The position numbers and the translations under genes were made by a program. The notes beneath the pieces are model-generated. The model had not been told where the DNA came from. It ran no database searches and saw only the letters and a program-made list of their open reading frames with translations. Shown here piece after piece: positions 10,100-19,002 of a DNA stretch of 64,000 nucleotides; the first letter of the stretch is position 1, and each line of letters starts with the position of its first letter. This stretch comes from Candidatus Daviesbacteria bacterium (lineage in GTDB: Bacteria > Patescibacteriota > Microgenomatia > Daviesbacterales > UBA10151): contig JAQTPP010000003.1 in assembly GCA_028712705.1 (NCBI GenBank), forward strand, positions 52 to 64,051, written 5' to 3'.

Positions 10100-10129
10100 T
10101 TGACAAGGCCTGCTTAATCTTGGTATTAT
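10100..10129 (+). promoter_or_regulatory. Sigma-70-like promoter TTGACA-N18-TATTAT upstream of the recombinase gene
   Basis: Consensus -35 and a near-consensus -10 seen directly. A second TATAAT lies at 10133-10138. Confidence 0.4.
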
Positions 10130-11138
10130 GAGTATAATCATTCAAACACTCATTATGTTAAGCTCGTCTATTGAAACAAAAAAGAAAATTCTCTTACCGT
10201 TATTTGATGAGTTTTTATTACATCTGCAAACCGATAACTACTCTCAAGAGACAATGTATAACTATGAACGCGATTTACTCACACTCACCTATTTTTTGGA
10301 ACATGAAGTACAAAAAGAGTTTGAACAAATAACTAAAGTGGATGTGGAACGTTATAAAGCATATCTTTTATCAACAGATCGCAAAACAGCGATTTCGGAA
10401 CAGGAAACTTCTTTAAAATTGCAAAGCGGCTCGATCAATAGGATACTGTCATCTTTTAGGAGTTATTTAAAATTTCTAATTTTTCAGGACTATAAAATAC
10501 CTGTTGTTCCAGAAAGCGTAAGGATGGTTCGTAAAGAGAAAAAGCATTATAAAGTAGCGGAGCTCAACGAATTAATATCATTAATTGAGTCACCTTCAAC
10601 TTTCGAAAAAAATTCTGTAGTAGCTACACGAAACCGAGCCATGTTAGAAGTACTGTTTGCAACAGGGATGAGAATATCGGAGCTTTTGTCTTTGAACCGT
10701 CGCGATATTGATTCATCCGGTAGAATTTTTATTATCGGTAAAGGTAAAAAAGAACGGTTTGTATATTTGACCGAACGGGCCAAATTTTATGTAGATAACT
10801 ATTTAAAACTTAGGAAAGATGCTCTTCCGGCGCTTTTTGTTCCCCAGAAAGGTAAAAGAATGGGCCAAAGGGATTGTCGAATATCTCCGAATTATTTACA
10901 AGCTAAAATCAAAAGTTATCGCGAAAAACTTGGTATTATTGTTCCAACAAGCGCCCATTCTTTGCGTCATGGTTTTGCTACATATTTGGCGGAAGAAGGT
11001 GCTTCTCCTGTGGCCATCCAGATGCTTTTGGGACACGAGTCATTAAATACTACTACCAGATATGTTAATGCTTCTGACCGGTTTGCCGAAGATTCACATA
11101 GACGGTATCATCCCCTGGCTGAAAGACCTGAAAAATAG
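10128..11138 (+). CDS. Tyrosine site-specific recombinase (XerC/XerD-like integrase)
   Basis: ATRNRAMLEVLFATGMRISEL ... HSLRHGFAT ... LLGHESLNTTTRYV give the R..H-R-H..Y catalytic set. The true start may be ATG 10158 (MLSSS). Confidence 0.85.
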   Translation: MSIIIQTLIMLSSSIETKKKILLPLFDEFLLHLQTDNYSQETMYNYERDLLTLTYFLEHEVQKEFEQITKVDVERYKAYLLSTDRKTAISEQETSLKLQSGSINRILSSFRSYLKFLIFQDYKIPVVPESVRMVRKEKKHYKVAELNELISLIESPSTFEKNSVVATRNRAMLEVLFATGMRISELLSLNRRDIDSSGRIFIIGKGKKERFVYLTERAKFYVDNYLKLRKDALPALFVPQKGKRMGQRDCRISPNYLQAKIKSYREKLGIIVPTSAHSLRHGFATYLAEEGASPVAIQMLLGHESLNTTTRYVNASDRFAEDSHRRYHPLAERPEK

Positions 11139-11188
11139 AAAGCCTGCTTTGTAATCGGAAATCTTAATTGATATAGTTTTAGGAAGAC

Positions 11189-11258
11189 TGTCATTCTGGG
11201 GAGCGTTAGCGACACCAGAACCGATCCCAGGTAGGATTCTGGACAAGCCAGAATGACA
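11189..11258 (-). repeat. MITE-like element, family 1 copy B (inverted orientation relative to copy A)
   Basis: tgtcattctgggg...ccagaatgaca. The reverse complement is nearly identical to the gyrB copy. Lies 50 bp downstream of the recombinase stop. Confidence 0.7.
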
Positions 11259-11384
11259 TGGATGGATAATAACACATTTTTCCGTTAACACTGCTTGCAG
11301 GGGTTGACTACGTTCAGTTAACATGACGTAGTTGACAAAGTTATATGATTTGGTCCACTATTAAAGAAAGGTTTATATTCTACG

Positions 11385-13685
11385 ATGGGAGCAATTTTAG
11401 ATTACTTCAAAAACGAAACAGGAAACTTGTTTCGCAATAAAAAAAATCTTGTTAGTCTGCTTGTTTTAGGTATACTTATTCTGGGTATTCCATTGGGTGT
11501 TAATCTTGTCAGGACGCAGCAAATTATTAAATCCCGCGCTGCTGTAGATCCAATTGTATTTACAGGTTCAAATGTTAGTAAAAAGAGTGATGGTACCTGG
11601 GTTACCACCAAGCCTCAGATTCAAGTTCAGCTCACTTCCCCGCTGGGTCCGGCCCAATCTTCTATTCAAACTGTGAAGTCAAAAGACTCATTAATAGGGG
11701 CTTTACCCAAAGGTTTGGTGGAAACTGTGTATGCAGCAGCAACTTGTTCTAATGGAACAAAAAATGTGGGAGATAAATGGCCTGAATGTCATGGTTGTGA
11801 TGAGGGTGTGGTAGAGTGTACAGGACAAGATACTTATGGCTGGACATCTGTCAAGAACCCATCTCCCAATTGTGGAGCAGGTTGTGGTGGAGGCGGAGGT
11901 GGTGTAACTAATGCGTGTAATCCTCCAGGAGTTGGTAGTGCCGAGGGATGTAGTGCTATGAAGAAATGTCCTAATGGTCAAGCCTGTGCATCAGGTCATA
12001 AGTATTGTGTTTGGGACGCAGGTGGTAATCATTGGGGAGATTGCCAGATAGAGATAGATAACTGTGCTACCCAGTGTGCTAGCAGTGGTACAAGTAAGGG
12101 TACTATAGATTGTAAAGCAACTTTTAAACCAAGCGAACTGGGGATTAATAGTCCAGGTGTATGCGACAGGCTACATGAATTCCGTGCTGATTGTAACCGC
12201 TGGTGTCCTCAAAATCCACAATATTATTCTAATCCTAACGAGGATTGTCCAAAAAATACAACCCCAAGTCAACAAGCCTTTATTAATCCTGCCACAAGTG
12301 CCTGGTGTTATGAATTTAAAGGTCCAGCAGGTGACACTCATAATAATAAATGTATGCAACTTTGGTATATTGGGACAGGGTCAGAGCCAAGCTGTGCTTC
12401 GGGAGAAGGTAGCGGTGGACCTGCCGGATGCCAGGGGCTGGATGCATGCAGTGAATGTGTTTTACTGAAAGAAACGAGTATTTTATATAAGTACGCAGAG
12501 TGGGGTTGGGATACAAACTGTAGTAACCAGGCAAAGATTGTTGCGGATTGGTGCAAGATTAATCCGAGCGGTTGCCAGGGTATTAGATCAGGCCAGTGCG
12601 CTTCAAGCTGTGGAGGAGCGTCTGCTACTTCGCCTTCTCCCTCTCCCGCCTCTTCTCCTCCTTCTACTTCAGCTCCTGCCTATACTAAGCAATTTAGGAT
12701 TGCGGAAAATCCGACTGATTTAGCTAGCGCTCCATGGCAGGATTATACAACTGTTGTTGCATCAAACCCGCTTGATTATACTTTCAAGGATGTAACACCG
12801 GGGCAGAAGTTTATCTTTGTGCAATTCATGGATTCTACCAATAAGGTAACCACTGCAGCCGATTGTCCGAAGTGTCAAGCCCAGATTAAACTGCTTGGGC
12901 CTGGTCCGGTTATGACTAGTTGTTCTTTGAGTTTTGAAGACAGCAAGACTACTCTGAATTTAACGGGGCAAAATTTTGGATCAGAAAAGGGTACAGTAAA
13001 AAGCGGTGATACTAATTTGGAAATAAAGTCATGGAGTAATAATAGCATTCAGGCGGTTTTGCAGAATGCGCAAACAGGACAAGTTTTGCCAATAACTTTC
13101 ACAAATACAGACGAACAAACAGGAACCGGCCAGTGCGGTGCTATTTCACAGCTTGCTTTAGGAGCCAGGGTTTTTTGCAGGGCGCCGGCTTCTCATGATA
13201 CGGAGAATGTAGATATGGTTCTGGTGGATGAAACAGGAAAAAAGACACGGCAAACAGTAAAGATCGATAAAAATGGAGTTGTCCAGGGGTTGACTCAAAA
13301 ATTAGAAGTCGGTAAGAGATATATTGTGTCACTTAAGGCGCCGAAATCGTTGCGGAGAATTGCCCGATTTACAGCTGGCGACGGCATAGTCAGCATCCCC
13401 AATTTCATTTTGCCTATTGGCGACATTTTCCCATTGGACGTTCGTGACGGTGCAATAAACCCTTTTGATCATGCACAATTAATCCGCGAGTTTATCATTG
13501 CTGAAGACAGCTGCGACAGACCCGGAGATTTTAATAGAGATTGCAGGGTTAATTCTATTGATTGGGCTTGTATGAGATATGATTTCGGTCAAGTGGATGA
13601 TCCGGAACCAACAGTTTCGTCCTTTGTCACAACCGCCAGTCCAAACCCAACCGCAAGTTCTAGTTCTAGTTCTTCGCCGTTATGA
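11385..13685 (+). CDS. Large secreted Cys-rich surface protein with Ser/Pro linker, TIG/IPT-like region and C-terminal dockerin-like domain
   Basis: N-terminal signal-anchor. About 40 Cys in residues 100-420. Linker SPSPSPASSPPSTSAP. The C-terminal LDVRDGAINPFD...GDFNRDCRVNSID matches the duplicated DxNxDGxxNxxD dockerin Ca-loop pattern. Poly-Ser tail. Confidence 0.7.
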   Translation: MGAILDYFKNETGNLFRNKKNLVSLLVLGILILGIPLGVNLVRTQQIIKSRAAVDPIVFTGSNVSKKSDGTWVTTKPQIQVQLTSPLGPAQSSIQTVKSKDSLIGALPKGLVETVYAAATCSNGTKNVGDKWPECHGCDEGVVECTGQDTYGWTSVKNPSPNCGAGCGGGGGGVTNACNPPGVGSAEGCSAMKKCPNGQACASGHKYCVWDAGGNHWGDCQIEIDNCATQCASSGTSKGTIDCKATFKPSELGINSPGVCDRLHEFRADCNRWCPQNPQYYSNPNEDCPKNTTPSQQAFINPATSAWCYEFKGPAGDTHNNKCMQLWYIGTGSEPSCASGEGSGGPAGCQGLDACSECVLLKETSILYKYAEWGWDTNCSNQAKIVADWCKINPSGCQGIRSGQCASSCGGASATSPSPSPASSPPSTSAPAYTKQFRIAENPTDLASAPWQDYTTVVASNPLDYTFKDVTPGQKFIFVQFMDSTNKVTTAADCPKCQAQIKLLGPGPVMTSCSLSFEDSKTTLNLTGQNFGSEKGTVKSGDTNLEIKSWSNNSIQAVLQNAQTGQVLPITFTNTDEQTGTGQCGAISQLALGARVFCRAPASHDTENVDMVLVDETGKKTRQTVKIDKNGVVQGLTQKLEVGKRYIVSLKAPKSLRRIARFTAGDGIVSIPNFILPIGDIFPLDVRDGAINPFDHAQLIREFIIAEDSCDRPGDFNRDCRVNSIDWACMRYDFGQVDDPEPTVSSFVTTASPNPTASSSSSSSPL

Positions 13686-13729
13686 TGAATTTGGACTGGT
13701 AAAAGTTCGGTAATTGTAGTACAAAATAT

Positions 13730-14362
13730 ATGTATATGGATGATTTAAATGTACAACAAAATAATCAGGAGAATAAGCCTGTAGTGCAAATAAAAAAATT
13801 TGTTTCTCTTCCCAAATTTATTTTTTTGGTTTTAGGATTGATACTTTTGGCGGAATTAATATATGCAATTCGGGTATTAACGTTGCCTGCTCCCCCGGTT
13901 GCAGGTAAGGTTCCACTACAATCAAAAGTGGGGACAATTTCATTAAATGCTCCCAAAAACACATATCGGATAAATGAAATTGTGCCTGTTGCCGTGAATA
14001 TTGAGACGGGTTCACAAGCAATAAATGGGGTTGATGTCATAATACATTATGATCCTAAAGTTCTTGAGGCTACTTCCGGAGGACTAATCAAAGGCCGTCT
14101 TCTTGAGGAATATCCGACTATGGCTGTGGATGCGAGTAAAGGTTTGATCTCTATTTCGGGTATCAACAGTTTGCAGAACGTGTTTAAGGGTAAAGGACAA
14201 TTTGCAAACATAAATTTTAAAGCTAAAACTGCCTCCGGGAAGACATCATTGACTGTTGATTTTAAGGATAAAGGGTCTACTATAGATTCCAACCTGGTAG
14301 AGGCTAGTACAGCTAAAGATATAGTCGAACAGGTTGTAAATTTGGAGCTTGTTGTGCAATGA
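13730..14362 (+). CDS. Cohesin-domain-like protein, N-terminally membrane-anchored
   Basis: N-terminal TM helix, then a beta-rich domain (VNIETGSQAINGVDVIIHYDPKVLEA...GKGQFANINFKAK) resembling cohesin modules. Confidence 0.55.
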   Translation: MYMDDLNVQQNNQENKPVVQIKKFVSLPKFIFLVLGLILLAELIYAIRVLTLPAPPVAGKVPLQSKVGTISLNAPKNTYRINEIVPVAVNIETGSQAINGVDVIIHYDPKVLEATSGGLIKGRLLEEYPTMAVDASKGLISISGINSLQNVFKGKGQFANINFKAKTASGKTSLTVDFKDKGSTIDSNLVEASTAKDIVEQVVNLELVVQ

Positions 14363-15105
14363 TAAAATATGCGATTTCTTTTTTTGCGTTTGTCTTATGG
14401 TTTTTAGTTTCTCCGACCGGAGTTTTTGCCCAGGTGGCCACTTTATCCTTGGATCCGGCCACAGGCACATTTAACAGAAACTGCCCTTTCTCTCTAAATA
14501 TTAATCTTGATACAGGCGGAGCCCAAACAGATGGTACTGATGCAATTTTATTTTATGATTCCTCCAGGCTTAGCATTACTACCAGTTCGATTACTTCAAA
14601 TACAGTCGTGTATCCTGACTTTCCCGGTAATAATGTAGATGAGGCCGCAGGCAAAATTACCATTTCAGGACTTGCTTCTGTGGCGACGCCTTTTACCGGC
14701 AAAGGTACTCTGGCTACCTTGAATTTTACAGTGAAAGATTCGGCGCCCACCGGAGCAACTCAAATTACTTTTGACTTTGATCCCAATAATAAAGCTAAAA
14801 CTACGGATTCCAATGTTGTACAACGGGCAACAATAGTAGATATATTAAACTCGGTCGTAAACGGAAATTATACGGTTGGAACCGGAACCTGCGGTACTAC
14901 CACCCCATCGGCATCCCCGATTGCAGTTGTTTATAAACCAACAGGAAGTTCAACAACGTCTACTCCGTCAGCAACCATTGCGGCGCCCCTGCCAACTAAA
15001 AAGACAGTTCTGCCTCCGGCCGGTTCAGAACAGCTTACTTTTACTGTAGCAATTTTTGGAGGGGTTTTAACTGTACTGGGAATTTTGGGATTAGCGCTTC
15101 TTTAG
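14359..15105 (+). CDS. Cohesin-domain-like surface protein with signal peptide, Thr/Ser-rich stalk and C-terminal TM anchor
   Basis: Signal peptide ending VFA-QVA. Cohesin-like FNRNCPFSLNINLDTG...ILFYDSSRLS...GKGTLATLNFTVK. ST-rich linker. C-terminal hydrophobic anchor. Confidence 0.55.
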   Translation: MIKYAISFFAFVLWFLVSPTGVFAQVATLSLDPATGTFNRNCPFSLNINLDTGGAQTDGTDAILFYDSSRLSITTSSITSNTVVYPDFPGNNVDEAAGKITISGLASVATPFTGKGTLATLNFTVKDSAPTGATQITFDFDPNNKAKTTDSNVVQRATIVDILNSVVNGNYTVGTGTCGTTTPSASPIAVVYKPTGSSTTSTPSATIAAPLPTKKTVLPPAGSEQLTFTVAIFGGVLTVLGILGLALL

Positions 15106-15119
15106 TTCAAAATTCAAAT

Positions 15120-16025
15120 ATGTCCTTATCCTCTCTTATCACAGATTTTCTGGAATATCTGGAACTTGAGCGAAATGCCTCACGGTTAACAATCAGAAAT
15201 TACGATCATTATCTAAAACGATTTTTAGAATTTATCCGTTCGACAGGCTCAGGACAGGATGGTGATATAAACCCGCAGGATATAACCTTAAGCTTAGTTG
15301 GAAAATACAGACTATACCTTTCCAGATGGACGGATCCGAAAACCAAAGAACCCTTAAAAAGAGTGACTCAAAATTATTTTATGATAGCTCTGCGAACACT
15401 CCTCCGCTATCTGGCAGGAACTGGTGTGCAAACGCTTTCGGCCGAAAAAGTTGAATTAAGAAAGAATAATTCCAGGCTTCCTCTTAAAGTGTTGGATGAG
15501 ACTCAACTTAGATTACTCCTTAAAGCTCCGGATACAAGTAAAAAAGATGGACTGCGGGATCGGGCAATCCTGGAGACATTGTTTTCTACAGGTCTGCAAG
15601 TATCTGAACTGGTCGGATTAAACCGTGGTACCATCAACCTGGAAGGATGTGAGTTTAGTATAGTTGGTAAAGGAGGAAAACAGCGGGGGGTATTTTTATC
15701 TGACGGTGCTTGTGAGTTTCTAGGAAAGTACTTAGCAATCCGTCAAGACAAATTTAAACCTCTTTTTATCCGTTTTCAGGGTAAAATTGATCCAGCTAAC
15801 GAAGGTGAAGCTATGAGGCTGACTTCCCGTTCCATTGAACGGATTGTAGAAAAATATGCAAAAAAGCTGAGAATTTCCATCAAAGCTACACCACAAACAC
15901 TGCGTCATTCTTTTGCCGCAGATTTGTTAATTAACGGAGCAGATATGCGGTTAGTTCAGAAGATGCTTGGACATTCCAATATCTCAACTACTCAAATTTA
16001 CCGCCTCTGCTCCGGTAAATTGTAA
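15120..16025 (+). CDS. Tyrosine recombinase XerC/XerD family
   Basis: LSLSSLITDFLEYLELERNAS N-terminal SAM-like domain. RDRAILETLFSTGLQVSEL, LRHSFA, LGHSNISTTQIY. Short C-terminus after the catalytic Tyr. Confidence 0.85.
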   Translation: MSLSSLITDFLEYLELERNASRLTIRNYDHYLKRFLEFIRSTGSGQDGDINPQDITLSLVGKYRLYLSRWTDPKTKEPLKRVTQNYFMIALRTLLRYLAGTGVQTLSAEKVELRKNNSRLPLKVLDETQLRLLLKAPDTSKKDGLRDRAILETLFSTGLQVSELVGLNRGTINLEGCEFSIVGKGGKQRGVFLSDGACEFLGKYLAIRQDKFKPLFIRFQGKIDPANEGEAMRLTSRSIERIVEKYAKKLRISIKATPQTLRHSFAADLLINGADMRLVQKMLGHSNISTTQIYRLCSGKL

Positions 16026-16403
16026 TCACTTTGTTAGTTTCCCTAAATCTTTCAATACCGCATTTAAGATTGTTGCGACAATTGATAAAACAATTGCTGC
16101 CAATATGGCTGGAAGCCATCCTTCAATCTTTACTCCCGGCACCACTGCTGCCACTATGAATAAGACCACTGCATTGACCACAAAAGCAAACAACCCTAAA
16201 GTAACAATTGTTAAGGGTGCGCTTAGAAAGCTTAGGATTGGCTTAATAAAAGTATTAACCACCCCCAAAACTATGGCCGCAAAAATGGCTGTAGTAAAGT
16301 TTTCAACCCGGAATCCAGGTACAATATTAGCCGTTAAAAGCAATGCTGCCGCATTTAAGACCAAGGCTATAAGAATTTGCAAATTTCTCACCCCCCTCTT
16401 CAC
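16026..16403 (-). CDS. Phage-holin-4-like / DUF360 (YvlD-type) small membrane protein
   Basis: 125 aa, four TM helices, GF(R/W)VE..FTTA pattern. Abuts the recombinase stop with no spacer. Confidence 0.6.
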   Translation of the reverse strand: MKRGVRNLQILIALVLNAAALLLTANIVPGFRVENFTTAIFAAIVLGVVNTFIKPILSFLSAPLTIVTLGLFAFVVNAVVLFIVAAVVPGVKIEGWLPAILAAIVLSIVATILNAVLKDLGKLTK

Positions 16404-16428
16404 TTAATAGTGAATCAAATTTTTTAAA

Positions 16429-18783
16429 ATGTCAATGTTTTCTGTTAAACTTAAGATTATGAAATATCCTGCCGAAAAAATTGGATTGACTTCTCATCAG
16501 GCCGGGGAACAGCTAAAAAAATATGGTTTAAATGAGCTGCCGCAGAGAAAAACAACTTCTGCTGCGGAGATTTTCCTGCGGCAGATGAAAACCCCCTTTG
16601 CCTACCTGCTTTTGGGAGCTACCGTTCTTTCGGCCATCATCGGTGATAAATTGGACAGCTTTTTAATCGGCGGGATTTTAGTTTTAAATTCAATTTTGGG
16701 TTTTTGGCAGGAATATAAAGCTTCCAAAGAGCTGGAAGAATTGCGGAAACTGGAGGTGGAATATGCCAGAGTGGAAAGAGGCGGTAAGCAGATGGAAATT
16801 CCCTCATCAGAGATTGTCCCCGGGGATATTGTAATTTTAGAATCCGGCGACAGGATTCCGGCAGACGGGCAAATCTTAGAGAGTTATGCTTTGCAGGTTA
16901 ATGAATCTGTCTTAACAGGCGAATCCTTACCTGTTACTAAATCTGTGAAAAAGGAGGAAAACTTAGTCTTTTTTGCCACCACCGTTGCCTCCGGCCGAGG
17001 CAAGGTTCTTATTTTGCAGACAGGGGCAAGAACTAAATTCGGCGCCTTAGCAGAAACTTTAAGCAGTATTGAAGACGAACAAACTCCTTTTGAAAAAGCT
17101 CTGGCTTCCTTTAGTAAAGTCCTGGGGTTGGGGGCCTTAGCGGTTTCAGCCCTGATTTTTATTTTAAGGATATTGCAGGGTTATGATATGTCTTCCACTC
17201 TTCTTTTCAGCATTGTTTTAATGGTAGCTGTAGTGCCGGAAGGTTTGCCTGCCGTAGTAACTATAATTTTGGCCTTAGGCATGCGGAAGATATACAGGAA
17301 AAAGGCTTTGGTTAGAAAGATGATTGCGATTGAGTCTTTGGGTACTGCTACAGTAATTTGTACGGATAAGACCGGAACTTTAACTAAAAATGAAATGCGG
17401 GTTAAAGAGGTCAGTATTAAAGATACCAAAGAAGCAGATTTTCTAAAATGTGCGGTATTTTGTAACAGCGCCAGTTTGATATTGAAAGAAGATGGAGGCA
17501 GTTTTGATATTTTTGGCGATACAACTGAGGGTGCTCTCTTGCTTTGGGCAAAAAATCAAGGCAAGGATATTGATCTGATGAGATTGCAAGGCAAACTCAT
17601 TGAAGAAATTCCTTTTAATTTGGAAACCCGGAAAATGACTGTTTTATGGGAAGAGGGTAAGATAAAAACAGAATATGCTAAAGGCGCTCCGGAAGTTTTA
17701 CTTTTTGAGTCTGAGTTGTCCGAAGCGGATCAAAAGAAGTGGGAATTTAGGTATCAGCAAATGGCTAAAAAAGGACTACGGGTGTTGGCGTTTTCAAAGG
17801 ATAAAGAGTTTTTAGGGTTAGCGGGGATTGCTGATGAGGTCCGTCCCGAGGTAAAAGAAGCTATTGCGCTGACAAAGCAGGCCGGGATTAAGGTAGTGAT
17901 GGTGACCGGCGATAATGAGCTGACAGCTGGAAGCATTGGTGAAGAGGTTGGGTTATTATCCTCTGGTGATGAAATTATGGTTGGCAGTCAGCTAAACGCC
18001 TTAAGCGAAGAAGATCTTTTACAAAGAATCGGTAAAGTCAAAATTTTTGCCAGGATTACTCCGCAGGAGAAACTTAGAATTGTTAAAGCTTATCAAAGCT
18101 TAGGAGAGGTAGTAGCTGTGACAGGTGACGGGGTAAATGACGTGTTGGCCTTAAAACAAGCAGAAGTCGGGGTTTCCATGGGTAAAATCGGCACTGATGT
18201 GTCAAAAGAAGCCTCAGATATTATTTTGCTTGATGATAACTTTGCGACCCTGACTGTGGCCATTGAGCAAGGAAGACTAATTTACAACAATATCTTAAAA
18301 GTCATTAAGTTTTTACTTGCCGGGAATTTGTCGGAAATGCTTTTGATAGGAGTAGCAGCAATTTTCGGTCTGCCGTCGCCGCTTCTGCCAATTCAGATTC
18401 TCTGGATCAATTTTGTCACAGACGGACCTCCTGCTCTGGCTTTGGGTTTTGATAACGCTTCAAGGCACCTGATGCAAATACCACCCCGCAAGAAATTAGG
18501 TTTACTTAGTAAAGATTCTCTACATTTTATCATTTTCGGCGGGGTGGCAATTTCTGCTTTTTGTTTTTTTGCTTTTTATTTTACCTTTGAAAGTTTAGGG
18601 CTTCAAACTTCCAGAGCCATCACCTTTACCGTTATGATTATTCTGCAAATGATCCTGCCTTTTATTATGAGAAGACATCACGGGATTTTATCCAATAAAA
18701 AGCTTTTTATCTCAGTTGCTGTAGTTATTTTGGTACAAATTTTGATTATTGCGTATCCTCCCTTAAGGACACTTTTCTTTTAA
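16429..18783 (+). CDS. P-type cation-transporting ATPase (type II, Ca2+/Mg2+-like)
   Basis: ICTDKTGTLT phosphorylation motif, TGDN, VTGDGVNDVLAL hinge. About 8 TM helices. The start may be the internal Met at 16459. Confidence 0.85.
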   Translation: MSMFSVKLKIMKYPAEKIGLTSHQAGEQLKKYGLNELPQRKTTSAAEIFLRQMKTPFAYLLLGATVLSAIIGDKLDSFLIGGILVLNSILGFWQEYKASKELEELRKLEVEYARVERGGKQMEIPSSEIVPGDIVILESGDRIPADGQILESYALQVNESVLTGESLPVTKSVKKEENLVFFATTVASGRGKVLILQTGARTKFGALAETLSSIEDEQTPFEKALASFSKVLGLGALAVSALIFILRILQGYDMSSTLLFSIVLMVAVVPEGLPAVVTIILALGMRKIYRKKALVRKMIAIESLGTATVICTDKTGTLTKNEMRVKEVSIKDTKEADFLKCAVFCNSASLILKEDGGSFDIFGDTTEGALLLWAKNQGKDIDLMRLQGKLIEEIPFNLETRKMTVLWEEGKIKTEYAKGAPEVLLFESELSEADQKKWEFRYQQMAKKGLRVLAFSKDKEFLGLAGIADEVRPEVKEAIALTKQAGIKVVMVTGDNELTAGSIGEEVGLLSSGDEIMVGSQLNALSEEDLLQRIGKVKIFARITPQEKLRIVKAYQSLGEVVAVTGDGVNDVLALKQAEVGVSMGKIGTDVSKEASDIILLDDNFATLTVAIEQGRLIYNNILKVIKFLLAGNLSEMLLIGVAAIFGLPSPLLPIQILWINFVTDGPPALALGFDNASRHLMQIPPRKKLGLLSKDSLHFIIFGGVAISAFCFFAFYFTFESLGLQTSRAITFTVMIILQMILPFIMRRHHGILSNKKLFISVAVVILVQILIIAYPPLRTLFF

Positions 18784-18792
18784 ACGAATTTT

Positions 18793-19002
18793 TTAAATTG
18801 GTTTGCCGGCGAGGCCATACATCATAAAGTCTCTTGTAAAACCGATTGCCTGCAGCGGCCAGGTTAAAATAACACTATAAAACCCCGGCGATAAGAAAGA
18901 TAGAAACGGCCAGCGGTAATATATTGCAAAAGCCACAGTAAATACAAACCCAAACATGAAATAAATTATAGCTATGGTAGAAACAAATTTTTCTTTAGAC
19001 AT
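18793..19002 (-). CDS. Hypothetical small membrane protein
   Basis: 69-aa ORF with two TM helices. Starts 1 nt after the gyrA stop. Confidence 0.35.
   Translation of the reverse strand: MSKEKFVSTIAIIYFMFGFVFTVAFAIYYRWPFLSFLSPGFYSVILTWPLQAIGFTRDFMMYGLAGKPI

Noticed and set aside
11094-11324. 76-aa minus-strand ORF downstream of and overlapping the recombinase 3' end
   Set aside because: Its reading frame is produced by the MITE copy B palindrome (11189-11258) and it overlaps the recombinase C-terminus. A repeat-generated spurious ORF.
12157-12723. Several 60-100 aa ORFs on both strands inside the Cys-rich surface-protein gene
   Set aside because: All are nested within or antisense to the long 766-aa ORF, which has a coherent domain architecture. 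They are artefacts of Cys/Gly-rich codon composition.
11385-13685. Possibility that the Cys-rich surface protein is a diversity-generating retroelement target
   Set aside because: No reverse transcriptase ORF and no template-repeat / variable-repeat pair were found in the window.
15967-16407. 146-aa plus-strand ORF overlapping the end of the recombinase gene and antisense to the DUF360 membrane gene
   Set aside because: Entirely antisense to a well-supported 4-TM protein gene. Low-complexity Ala/Thr/Lys translation typical of the reverse frame of a hydrophobic protein. No RBS.
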